Below are positions 25,433 to 37,893 of a stretch of DNA of 45,816 bases, piece by piece. The stretch is from NCBI GenBank assembly GCA_964304625.1, contig OZ199838.1, positions 854,793 through 900,608 of the forward strand. The letters run 5' to 3'. Source of the DNA: Kudoa neothunni (Eukaryota; Animalia; Cnidaria). The notes below the pieces were generated by a model. It was not told the DNA's origin. It saw only the letters and a program-made list of their open reading frames with translations, and made no database searches. Within the stretch, counting starts at the first letter, position 1. The number at the start of each line of letters is the position of its first letter. The translations under genes and the position numbers were made by a program.

Positions 25433-27742
25433 CTCATAGCGGTTTTTCATTCCCTTTTCGGCACAGTCTTCACACCACTCTATATCTTACAATAATTTTT
25501 TTAATAATGTAATTCTAGGATATATGATTCATATGTATAATTTCTATATTATATAAAAATATTCATTAAATATATTTTATATTGTGCCAGGTACTGTTCT
25601 ATATTACCCTTGTAATGTGACAACATACAAATAGAACAGGAATTCTACTAAACTGTCATTTTAATATATTATATTCTTGGTATATAATAATATATTACCA
25701 GAAGTTTAATATAAGTAAAGAATTAAATATAATAAATAAGAGAGCTACAAATAATTATCAACATAAAACAATGCCGAAAAGGGCACGATAAACCACCGGA
25801 GTGCGATTTCTCAATTAATCTTTTTGTTAACTTCGCGGTAAAAGCTTTAAGATGAGGTACAGTAACTTAGTTGATGCTATCGAAAATATTGAAAATATCG
25901 ATGAATTACCAAATACGGTTGATTTTGTGGTCATACCTCCAGATCATGTGGATACATTGACCGATGAAGATGATGAGTTCGTCCACAGAGATTACGATAA
26001 CATTGAGATTGGAACTGTTTCTGAGATATACGGTGAAATAGAAACTTTTATTAACGTAGAACGCGATGAAAACATTGAAAATGGCGGAGTTAGATGGCAT
26101 AAAATCATCCCACGTTGCAATTCGTCGACAAACTCAATAAATAAAAATATGATGACCCATATTATAAATATTATCGATAATGATGATTCGAACATGTATG
26201 AGTCGTATGAAAGTTTTTTGGAATTTTTTGACGAAAACGTGTTATTGCATATCGTTAAAGAAACAAATTTTTACGCTCAACAAAAGAACGACCATAAATT
26301 TCATTTGACGATAAAGAAACTTAAATGTCTCATCGGCATATTATTATTAACCGGATATAATAAATTATCCCAGCTGCATCTGTATTGGGAGTCTGCTATG
26401 GACGCTGGCGTTGAACTTGTGAAAAAGTCAATGTCATACAGTAGATTCAAATTAATAAAAAAATATCTAAATTTTAACGACAATTCAAAGTTGGATAAAA
26501 CTGAAAAACTTTTCAAAGTAAGACCATTAATTGAAAAAATGAATAAAAGTCTTAAAAAATTTGGTTTTTTCCATAATAACTTTAAAGTTGACGAACAAAT
26601 GATACCATACACAGGCCATCATACTTGCAAAATGTACATGAAAGGGAAACCGGTTCGTTATAGGTTTTAGCATCTTCTGATGGTTATATTTACAGTTTCT
26701 ACGTGTACACTGGTAAGGAGGAATCGTATTGCAAAAGTCTTGGTTTGGGTGGCAGTGTTGTGTTAAAATTTGTTGAAGAACTTGAAGGAAGAAATGACGC
26801 TCATGTTTTTTCGATAATTATTTTAGCTCTTATAAATTGATAGCTGAATTGAAGAAGAGAAATGTAAATGCCCCTTAACAGATCCTAAGGTAATGGAAAA
26901 GAAACCGAGAGGTTTTTATGAGTCGTACGAAGATAGCTCAACCAAAATAAATTGCGTTTGTTGGAACGATACAAAACCAGTTTCCTTTCTTAGCAATGCG
27001 CTTTCTGTTGAATCAGTCCAGTATACAAAGCGTTATTGTAAAACAAGAAAGTGCTACTTGACGATAGATCAGCCATATATCTCATATATGTATAACAAAC
27101 ATATGGGAGGCGTTGACATCGCAGACATTAATATATCCTGTTACAGAGTAAAAATTCGTTCCAAAAAGTGGTACTGGCCCTTGTTTACAAATATTATCTC
27201 AATTGCAGCGGTCAATTCCTGCGAATGGCTCAATTATAAGAATAAATGCAACGTAAAATTATTGACTCATATTAGGCGTATTGTAGCCAATGTGATCCAA
27301 ACTGACCGCACTGAAAAAATTACTAGAAGATCATCTCTAGCAAATATTCACACTGCTCTGTTATGTGATTGGCCAACAATGAGCGCAGACCCATTGAAAA
27401 AAAGACACAAATGCGTTGTTTGTAAAAAAGTCGCTATCTATTTGTGTCTGAAATGCAAAAACTATATGCATATCAAATGTTCAATGATCTATCATAATTC
27501 GTAATATTTTGTAATTCTACTAATATATTATTGTAATTTTCCTCGGCGCAAACGCATGAACGCTTAATTAGAAAAACGCACGTCGGTGGTTTATCGTGCC
27601 CTTTACGGCACTTTTGTATTTTGGATTATTTTTAAACTTCCCAAATGAATCTAGAAGAAATATTTTACGCTTTATCATTAATAATTGTGGTCTGTTTGCT
27701 GTTTAAATTTTTTGAAGATTTAAATATGAAAACCGCTATTGG
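25433..27742 (+). mobile_element. Inner piggyBac (PGBD2/3-like) element
   Basis: TTAA 25429-32 and TTAG 27743-46; TIR ..ATAGCGGTTTT(T)CAT; internal inverted repeat TGCCGAAAAGGGCACGATAAACCACCG (25772) vs CGGTGGTTTATCGTGCCCTTTACGGCA (27584). Confidence 0.85.
25852..27504 (+). pseudogene. piggyBac transposase, disrupted by small deletions/frameshifts near 26670-26890
   Basis: VDEQMIPYTGHH..KGKPVR, FFDNYFS, YNKHMGGVD, RSKKWYWPLF and C-terminal CxxC..CxxC..H..C..H; split into ORFs of 272 and 203 aa. Confidence 0.9.
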
Positions 27743-28324
27743 TTAGTTTAAAGTGAGAAACATGCGAATACATTGGGAGAAAAAATGATAAAAATCCTAA
27801 ATGATAATGATGCGGCGAAAATTGCTGTAAATTTAATTTCCCATTTCACGCATTTAAAACCTGTAATAATTTCTCAAGAGTTGCCAAAATTCGTCTTATG
27901 TTTTGTTTTTTATTATTTTCATTGGCGCAACACGTTTAATTTCGCTGCATTAACACAATTACTTTTTTATTGAAACATTGATGTTTAGCAACATGACAGA
28001 TCTTAAGCGAAACCAATGATTGCGTGGATTACGTCAAATTTTAAAAAGTATTTGCCAGTGTTTCATCAATAGGAATTAAAAATTATTCTACATTATTGAT
28101 TATTATTTTTTTCACGGTGTTATAATACAACAAAATGTGGGGTAAAATTTATCCCAAAGTCCATTACACGTTCGTCGTTTTTGTGATCATTAGAGGGTTG
28201 AATAATAATTCCTAATTTTAATATTTATAATATCAGAATTTTTACCTGGAAAATTTTTCTATAACTAAAAAATTCAAATATTCTTTTAAATTTGTAAAAT
28301 TATGTTTAATTTGCACGATTGTTT

Positions 28325-28565
28325 TTTACGACAGAAGCTGTTGACACTGCAAAATTTAATCCTAACTGGATGTGCGCATGCGCACTGGGATGTTTTAATC
28401 TCAGCAACTCCTGTTTACAAGTTGTTTATAGATTAAGTTTTTTAGATTCTGGTATATTTAATTATTTCTGACCTACCACTTCGCTCTTAAGGCCATAGTT
28501 AATTAAATACAGTCAAAACTAGTATCACCTGAATATTATTTTCCGTGCCAATATAGCCTCTTCCT
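28325..28565 (+). repeat. Unclassified interspersed repeat, copy 2
   Basis: Colinear with 9980-10222; contains the palindrome TGCGCATGCGCA. Confidence 0.6.
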
Positions 28566-29288
28566 TTTTTTATTTAAGAAATGACTGTCTAAAATCAGAT
28601 TAAATTCTTCATAAAAAAATCAGAAAAGGCAAAATTTGACTTTAATTTTCTATCAGGAATTATATCCAATCTTGCATATTTAATTTAATATACTTAGGCA
28701 AAGCATCTTCAATTGAATTATTTTTAATTTTTCCATATCCACAATACATACAAAAGATAAAAGATAACGAAAGAAAAAGAAAAAGAAAAAGAAAAAAATG
28801 GTTTTGTTTAATTGATTAGTGATCAGCGTTGTTTTTTGGCATTATAAAAAGATTTATGTATTTTTATTAATTTAGAAATAAACTCAAAATTTCTCATTGA
28901 TTTGTTAAATATTCTTAATTCCGTATTTTAAGTGAAAATTTAAAATTACTAAATAAATCTTATGGATTAACATGCCAAAAATGATAACAAACTAGAAATT
29001 GGATCATTACAAAGAAACATCTTAAAAATTCGTTCATTTTAATTTATCATTTTAATAAATTTTAACTTAATGATTCTCCAATTCAACTAACTACAACATA
29101 ATTTTAAAAAAATCAACCATTTCTACGTTAAAGTCCCATTTCGCTCTGCACTGGTTAACAGTAAATCGTGTGACAAGAAATAATAACCAATATGAATCAT
29201 AAGTGATAATAAATATTTTTTTCGGTAGGTCAAAAATAACTAGATAGGTCATAGAATTTCATGGCGACGATAAAGTAATTTTATTCAT

Positions 29289-31057
29289 TCATTTGAAAGC
29301 TAGAGGTTTATTTGCTGGTTTTCGTTTATTAAAAATCAACCATGTTGATAGCAATCCCACACCAATAACCAACGTAACCACAATCGTGACAATTATTGCA
29401 ACTATATAAGATCTCGTCAAAAATAAAAATTTCGTATCGAGAAGCATTTTTCCAAGCGTCCAATTAGGTGCATTAGCCTAATATAAGCAAATGTGGTTAT
29501 GTGAATCTTTCAATAATATAGAGAATCACGTTGACTACTGCTTGATCTGTCGGTTTAACGAAATAACTTGTTATAAACTTCAGGTATTTAGAGGAAAAAC
29601 AGCGTTCCACGTTGTTATAAAACTATGAGCGGAATATTATTTAATAACAGAAAAAAATCTTACGCAATCTTTTTTGTTGAACATGTCTGTCATTCTTTTG
29701 ACTAACTCAATGTAATCGCTGGAACTCAATTCATTCGAAAAATACATCCACGATCCCATTAACTATTATATAATTTGTAAAGTGGAATAATATTTTAATA
29801 CCGTGAGTTTGATTTGTTCCGGTACACTTATTGGTGTATATGAGGAATCCTTGATTATACATTTGTTCTTTTCGTTAGCGTCACTATCCGAACAAAAGCT
29901 TTCCATTAATTTTTTAGTGCAAACGGTATCATTGTCAATTCCATTTATAGTGATTTTCCGTGGTAATAAATAACGTCCGATAAGGCTTTTAGTACAAGCA
30001 TTTGCAAAATTAGTTGTCTCAATAGTCTCTGAAAATCCTTTTGGGTGACAAGGGCTGTTTATGGGTTTGCTGGCATCGTTAGTCTCCTAAATCAGATTGA
30101 TTTACAGAGAACACAGCTTTATATTACCATTATTAATTTAACCAAATAGTAACTTTTTATATTGTTTACACCACCACATTTAAAGTTAAGAATTCCATAG
30201 TGGATATGTTGGTCAAACAAATGGACAGTTCTTTTATTCAATAACGTGTGACCTTTTGATTTGGGAGGTATTGGTAATCCAACCTGAAGTGATGAGCCTC
30301 CTATATCTACCACACCTTTTTCCTCCACTGTCTATAGTAGTAGAAATTCGCGTTATTAAGAAAAATTAACAAATTCAAAATAAAAACCTCAGTTCCTTCC
30401 TTGTATATTGATGCGATGAAATCATATTCAGCCTCAGTTTCATCCTCTGCTACTTCGACGAAGTCCATGTTTTTAGGGTTGATTGTATTCTTGGTTCTAA
30501 ATAGTGCCCTCATACCATTCATTAATTCGTCAAACTTTTCTTTATTGGAATTCCTATATAATAAACGTCCAATATTATAGATTAATTTATGATGCATTAT
30601 TCATACTCCAAGTTTCTTAAACCACCTGTACCAATGAATTTCATCCATATCTTGTGTTGTTTAGAGATGGCATTGATTTCTTTGGTACCACCCTCGATAC
30701 ACTGATCTATTGCGGTCTTTGCTTTACCTAGGTCTGTCTGTTGATTGAATGCAACTAAATTTTAGTTTTGGTGGCGCACTCAATTCACATATGTTACTAT
30801 TGCATTTCATTTTCTTAATAAATTTAACGGGATAATTATTGTGAGATTTTGCTTTAGAACTGTCATCTACCATGATCTGAAATATACTTAATCTGGTTCC
30901 TGTGGAGCCAGCATCAAATATAAATCCAAACTAATGTAAATAATCATTTATGTATTACGTATACATTAAGAAGTACATAATCATGTTTATTTGGGACTGG
31001 ATCACTCAGGACAATTCCAATGCAGACCAAAAATATTATGACTTTGAAAATCGGCAT
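29289..31057 (-). CDS. GDA1/CD39-family ecto-nucleoside triphosphate diphosphohydrolase (apyrase), 9 coding exons
   Basis: Spliced ORF: signal-like MPIFKVIIFLVCIGIVLS; ACR1 FIFDAGSTGTR; ACR2 FIGTGGLR; ACR3 ETEAEYDF; ACR4 VVDIGGSSLQ; SPCHPKGF; ACR5 NWTLG; C-terminal TM IVAIIVTIVVTLVIGVGLLSTWLIF then NKRK; stop at 29289-29291. Confidence 0.9.
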
Positions 31058-31502
31058 GAACGCTAAACAAAATTAACGGATTATTTTTACCTGATTTTTG
31101 TTTTCTTTATCGTAATAATTTAATCGGGTCGTTTACTTTTTACTTATTAATTTGTTATGATTGTACTGATTCCACCTATTAAGGTCCACAAAAATAAGAT
31201 TGTACTTTTTCGAGAAAAATAAGAAAATGTCACTATCTTATCTTATGACTATGTATAAACTATATAAAATTGAGAAAACATTTTGATTTGTACATTCTAA
31301 ATATTTTTATTTATCAAAGAATTAAATTGAATAAATAAACATCATGGACAAAAATAATCATTTTTCATGTTTATATTTCGATTTTAAAATATTATGCAAA
31401 ATGATTTAGATATTTAACAATTTTAAATTATATTTCATGATAATATGTATTGTATTTTAGTATTTATGACAAAATTAAGCATAAATTTAAAAAAAATATA
31501 AA

Positions 31503-33343
31503 TCTATCTATATATATATATATAAAATAGTAGTGTCCGTGTGTGCGTTTGCAGTAATACTCATGTGTCATGAATAAACTTTCTTTAAATACAGCTTTTA
31601 GTTTGCATTTGAATAGATGATACCATTAATAAAAGTATTTCTTCTACTTAAAAGTATAAATATAATCAATACCGCAGTCAGAAGAAAGGTATATTCAGGT
31701 TGTTTACTCGAATAGCAGATTAAAAAGTACCTGCATAATATTGATGTTTATTTACTTCAGAGTGGTAGTCAATTAAAATGAACTTTTTATTAACTATATA
31801 GAAAGATAGTCTCTTAATTATGGTATAGAATATTTTAAAAATTTTATATATTCCTGTTCGAATTAATTTTAAGACAAATAAAACTATTAACGTCACATTA
31901 ACAAGAGTTGTTGCATATTCCTTAAAATTTGAAGCATAAACAAGTTATTTGGGATTTGTTCTCTCTTTTCAAGGGTTATAGATATAGTTAAACTAAATAG
32001 ATTGTGATCATTTTAAATAAAACACATAATTCGAGATTAAAGTTGATGCCATGTCGGAATAATTTAGGTCTCAATATGTATCCTAAAAACGATATGAAAT
32101 GTGTGTAGAGCTTCTAAATATTAAAATTTTTGTAGTAACTTTCTAAATAAAAATCATGTTCTAATGGAATTCCTGAGATTTGAACATTTCTTTTTATCAA
32201 ATATATCGATTGAGATTAAAACTATATTCGTCTTTTCGATAAGTTACTATACTTGATGAGATGATTATTTAAATAATCTTTAAGTTCTTAGTAACCTAAT
32301 TATTCCATATCCTCAGCCATACCTTAAGGTTAATATTCAAATAAATTGATAATTTTCTTTTCGCTGAAATTAATTCATTATGGTATAAAAGTTGCATGAA
32401 AATATGTGACACCCCATTCAATACGTAGTTTAAGAATTTATATTCACGATTACTTTTGCACAAAATACAATCCCCTCTCAATCTCAATATGTGTCATGTA
32501 AATTAATAAGAAATTATTGGTTTATTTGATCTAACCGATATTTTCACAAAGTTTTTGTCAATCTAAGAATAATTCAATGCGAAGAAATTTTTTTAGGGAA
32601 ATCAAACAGTACGTTTTCTTTTAAAAGGGTGCATTCCTTCAAGAAAACCAGTTCATATTTAAATATTTAAGCATCACTGTAATTTTTCAAACCAAAATCA
32701 CCTTCCCATTTTTGATTTAATCGTATTTTGTTAATTAAACGTGTTTATTTTTGAACCAGTAAGTATTTTTGATAAAAAGCAAGGTTGGATTTATTTATTT
32801 ATAAATAGGAAAATTTTGTTACAGTAATGAATACGTAAGTTCCTGCTCACAGCTTTTCAAAACATCAATGGCATCATTATAAAATTGCGATAAAAGGGGT
32901 ACCAATTACTATTTATGTTTCTGAGGCATCTTAGGTTGATTTTACTTTTTTTATCGTTTGTAGACTAATAATAAATTTTATGATTAGAAGGATTAATTTT
33001 TATCTCAAAATTTTGAAAAGAACTGAAAGTCCTATTTAAGTTACTTAATGATTTTGTTTAATGCATAAATGAACTTTAATAGTTAATTAAATTGCTCATA
33101 ATATTAAGTCATTGTAGTTTTGGTCTATATTTTATAAAATAAACTTAAAATTACTCATTAATTTCTCTCTATACCTCTATTTATATTTTAATGTAAAGTG
33201 TGCGTATAATTTCATTTATCTAAATCATCACATTGAAAAAATAATGACAAGCTTTAAAATGCATAAATTAAACTAGAAAAGTAAAATTAAAAGTTAAAAT
33301 TTTCCATCACACAGTATCAAGCAAACCTGGGCGTCACCGCTCT
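31503..33343 (+). mobile_element. Probable Helitron derivative
   Basis: A|TCTATCTATATA..AAAATAGTAGTGTCCGTGTGTG start typical of Helitrons; degenerate 3' end CAAGCAAACCTGGGCGTCACCGCT lacking an intact CTAG. Confidence 0.4.
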
Positions 33344-34894
33344 TTACTTAAAACTCAAAATGGATTTAGTCTGCGGCAGGTGATAGCTTACTTGTTTGGA
33401 CAGGGAAGACTTAGTGGAGCGGTGCTTTTGCGATTGTTAATAATATAATCAAATAAACTACGTTTTAATAAAAATTCTTGATTCGTATTGCAAACAAAAC
33501 AAAAATCTACTGCTTATCTCTTACTGATGGCTATCCTGTTTGTTTTTGAAACAATTGTTTCATTAAATTATTTATACATTTATAACAATTTATTTAATTT
33601 AAAACACATTATTTAGATTAGTCGTTCCTTCTTTTTACGAAATTCATAATTTTTCTATTATTTTGAAGAATCGTTGATCAATGTAGTTTTCTAACTGAAA
33701 ACAATATTATTAGTCATTTAAATTATTTTGATTATACAAACTTTTTTAAATTTTTTAAAACTTTAGAAATGAAATAGGAATATTTTAGTTTGTTTGTGTG
33801 TTTTGGAACTATACATCAACTTTATAAGAAAATAAATAAAATTGGAAATTTTGGTATACATTCTCATCTTATTTAGACGTATACGTATATGAAAACGAAA
33901 CTTAAATTGCGATAAAAAACTAAAGTTAATCGTTTCAATAACAAATAATGTGTAAACAAAATTTAATGATAATAAAGAGGATAAAATAATCCTAGAATAT
34001 TACATGTAGATAATAAATAAGAATCAACCTGTTAAAAAATTACATTGCAGATATGTTTATATATATATATAAATTTATATGTTAATGTTTATTTAGATTT
34101 ATGTAATTAGAAACTATTATTTCTCTTTCTAAACACATAATATGCCTACAAAGATTCACATTCACATAACTTTAATATAGTTTATTTTAGATTTTGTATT
34201 ATTTGTATAAATAATTAACTTTATTTTTAGTGGAAAGAAAAAAAACATCACATGATTACCATTTGTTATGATTAGAGATATTAACTTTGTTATTGACCTC
34301 GTACTTTTATATCGAAAATGTAGATTTTTATAGGAATTAATTAAATAAGTTTTACTTGTTCAACTTTCCAAGTAAGTAGCTGAAAAATTTACATCATCCA
34401 AATAAAAATGGGGTAACATTCTATCCCATTTTTTCGTTTGATAAAATTGTCTCAAATAAAATTCGTCATTGACTGAAAAAATATGAGGAACATTCGTCGA
34501 GTAAATTTTGAATAAATAACCAATTATTAAAGTTACGTTTGGTGTGCGCCCATATTAATGTTGTTGCATATCTATGAAGTATGATTGTATTTATAGGTGT
34601 ATTTCTGCGGGTTTTAATTTTGACGTTTAGTTCGAGTTTTATAACAGCTTCCATTTAATTTATCTTATTTTAAAAAGTGCAATGTAAAACCGCAAAATGA
34701 TGGAAAACAGAGCTTACTCCGCAAACAAGTTATCATACATGTTTTTAAATTCTTTATAAAACACAAAAATTGTCAACCCGTTAAACGATTATAAAATATG
34801 TTTTTTAATCCTCTTTACAATGCGAAACTAAGCAAATTGATGAGAAGTCATCATGTTTGAATAAATAGTAAAAGAATAATGAGAGAATAAAGGA

Positions 34895-36479
34895 TAATGG
34901 TAAAGTATATGATTCTAGAGAAACATCATCTTGCGTGTATTCTTTCTTGTCTTTTCTTTTACGATCATTAATAATAAATAAAAATAATATTGAGTTCAAA
35001 TAAATTACATCCAAATTTGTGCCTAATTCTTATTCGACTACAGTCGGATACACATGTCATCCACATCGTTTTCCAATAAACACCAAAAAATAGCTGATTA
35101 TTTGCTTATTTTATGATAATTAGTATAATCTAATCGTTATTTAAATTTTCTAAATATTTACGTATCAAATATAGCGTACTAATCCTTCTAAATAAGCTTG
35201 TCTAAAATTAAGAAATAATTTATCGTCTATCATTATTTCTATAGTTCAAATTAACCTTTAAACAGTTTAGCAACATTTAAAATTGTTTATTTTAGTTTAT
35301 AAATTTTTATGAGTACATTATTATTAGTGAATTAATTTTTATACACCAATTACTTTCAAGATTGAAACTAACACTAATTATGTTAATCGTGCATAGGTAT
35401 TTTTGGTTATAAAATCGAAGAACGACATTAATTTAAAATACTACAATAAGTATTTTATTTGTATGAAGGAATTAAATTGGGGAACTTTTACAAATAATAT
35501 ATCAAATATTTATTTGTATGTTTGGTATACACCACCAAAAATATAAATATGATAAACATTTGTAAGGTTTATTTATTATGGCAAAAATATTTGTTTTATT
35601 ATTGTTATTGTATATAATTGAATGTTGAAATGAAATAATTAGTAATTTTATTCTGTATGTTACGCCCAGATCATTTTTTGCAACAACAACCATGCTATTA
35701 ATGCGCAGCTAAAGACTAAAGTGTTACGCAATGTGTTGGACGTAGGACCTGTTTTTTGAAGATTTACTCGTTCAAATTTTCTTAAAAATTTTAACATAGC
35801 ATTATCTAAATGAATACATATATTTTAACGTTAATTTGTTTATTGAATTAACAGAAGCCATATTAGAGAAAAAATGTACCGTTTCAACGGGAAACATGAG
35901 TTTTACACCTTAAGTCGTTATTCCGCAGAAGATAAGTGATTTTCACAGCTGTAGATGAAGGAAAAATCAATGTGATTTCTCTTGTAGCACGAAGTTTCTG
36001 TCATTGGTCTGCTTAAATTTAATTTTCTCTTTTTTTAAGTAAAGGTTTCAAAATTCCAACAATTAAAACATCTTTAAGGTAACCCTTTGTTGATAATTTT
36101 TAAAATAACCTATTATGATCATTAATTGAACAGAAAAAGTCATTTTCCTCTCTAAACTTAAAAGCTCCAAAATCGCGATTTTCACGTGGTAAATAATAAA
36201 TAAACACAGAAAAATTTAATATCGTTTGTATTAAAAATAAAACAAATTTTGGCTAATTTGCAAAATAAGTAAATAATCAGCTATTTTTCTGTGTTTCTTG
36301 AAAAACGATGTGTAATACACGTGTATCAGACTGTAGTCGAATAGGAATTAGGCACAAATTTAGATGTAATTTATTTGAGCTCAATATTATTTTTATTTAT
36401 TATTAATGATCGTAATAGAAAAGACAAGAAAGAATACACGCAAGATGATGTTTCTCTAGAATCATATACTTTACCATTA
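34895..36479. mobile_element. Long-TIR (foldback / MULE-like) element
   Basis: Inverted arms 34895-35123 and 36253-36479; I counted 5 mismatches in the outer ~157 bp; no convincing TSD or transposase. Confidence 0.6.
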
Positions 36480-36996
36480 CCAACGTAAAGGAACTGAAGA
36501 ATATCTCAGAAATACGCTGATCATTTTAATTAAAACACAAATGGATTGAATGATTTCTGCCCCTTGATGGATGGGATATCGAATATTGCAAAATATACGC
36601 AGAAATATACTTTATAACAATGTTTTCAAAAAATAAATGTTTGTTTAAAAGAAAATAATTGAGTTTTCTATTTCCCCCAAAAGGTGCGCAATAACCATTG
36701 ATGATTGTATAATAAATTATTGTAAATAACAAGTTGTATTTCAATGATTAATAGTAAAAACCGGTAGAATCGATGAAAAATCTAGCTTCAGTTATTTTTG
36801 ATTGATTGAGCTTAACTCTTTTAAATGTAAAATATTCATGCATTAAATAGTTTATTTCTTAAAATATCTATAAAATATTGGTTTGGATTGGAAACATAAA
36901 CAAATAATACAAATTTTAATAATTACAATGATTGATTGTGACAGAGGAAAATATAAATTAATTGATTTTTACTAACAACAATAAATTATTCCTAAC

Positions 36997-37288
36997 CCCT
37001 GGTCCTGAGGGGATGACTGATATTCAATTCCAAAGCGTCTTATTTTAAGAATATAAATGTGATTAAGTTAATCCGACCACAGAGGAATTCCACATTTATT
37101 GTTGATAGTCTGCTAATTTTTTCGATTATTAAATCAGAAATCAGACAAAACCGATTAAATATTATATGTAATTGTTACCTAGCGTAAAAAATATCAACAA
37201 ACATCAAATACTTTGTTATGTAAATAATTTGTGAAATTGTTAATTAATGCTGTCAAGTAAGAATCTCAACTACATTAATTATCTTCAT
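36997..37288 (-). CDS. Hypothetical micro-exon gene, 5' part, divergent from MBF1
   Basis: Exons 37288-37274, 37210-37179, 37112-37078 and 37038-36997 with GT-AG introns of 63, 66 and 39 nt join in frame: MKIINYLMFVDIFYASRLSTINVEFLCDALELNISHPLRTR; no recognised homology. Confidence 0.3.
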
Positions 37289-37311
37289 AATTCCCATAAA
37301 AATTGCTCACA

Positions 37312-37893
37312 ATGGTAAAGTATATGTCCTATTTTGCGCAAGCGCTTTCTGCACCAACAAAATAACTTAGGTCCTATCTCTGCACAATGAGAAGACAAGG
37401 TGCAATACCTGAGACAAAGAAAAAATGTGGCTTTAATTTTATTTTCTGCCAAATTATTCAACTTTAGTCAACGCCGGTACAAATAAACAGCAAGGTGCTG
37501 TACCTAATGCCACCAAGTTAATGGAAACTGATAATCCACCTCCTGGTAAAATTTAAAACATCTTGTTATTTCCTAAACAAAAAATCAATTATTTCATCAT
37601 ATAGTAAAACGAACTGGTCACCAGGTGGGTGCTGCCATTCAACATGCCAGGGCAGAATTAGGTATGAATCAGAAACAATTAGCCGAAGTGAATATTGTCC
37701 ATGTGTTCTCTTGAGTAAATTTTTTCAGAAAATATGCGTGAAACCAACAGTTATTGCCGATTTTGAAAGTGGAAATGCAGTGATTGATCATGCAATTCTG
37801 TCCAAAATGGAACGAGTCCTCAAAGTTCACTTGAGAGGCAATCACATTGGAGAACCTATTGTAAAACCCACTCCTAAGTCGAAACCAAAATAA
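37312..37893 (+). CDS. MBF1: Multiprotein bridging factor 1 / EDF1
   Basis: Spliced RRQGAIPETKKKFNAGTNKQ..ATKL..QVGAAIQHARAELGMNQKQLAEKICVKPTVIADFESGNAV..ILSKMERVLKVHLRG..IGEP; start either 37312 or 37387. Confidence 0.92.

Larger units (their letters stand above)
24689..28197. mobile_element. Outer piggyBac-type element hosting a nested insertion
   Basis: TTAA 24685-88 and TTGA 28198-201; perfect 10-bp TIR CCCTCTAATG / CATTAGAGGG; subterminal GGGG..AAATTT.A.CC motifs at both ends. Confidence 0.75.

Noticed and set aside
25906-26612. Minus-strand ORFs of 64-103 aa
   Set aside because: Antisense to the piggyBac transposase.
32296-32487. ORF with weak SWIM-like pattern (MULE remnant?)
   Set aside because: Cys/His spacing incomplete.
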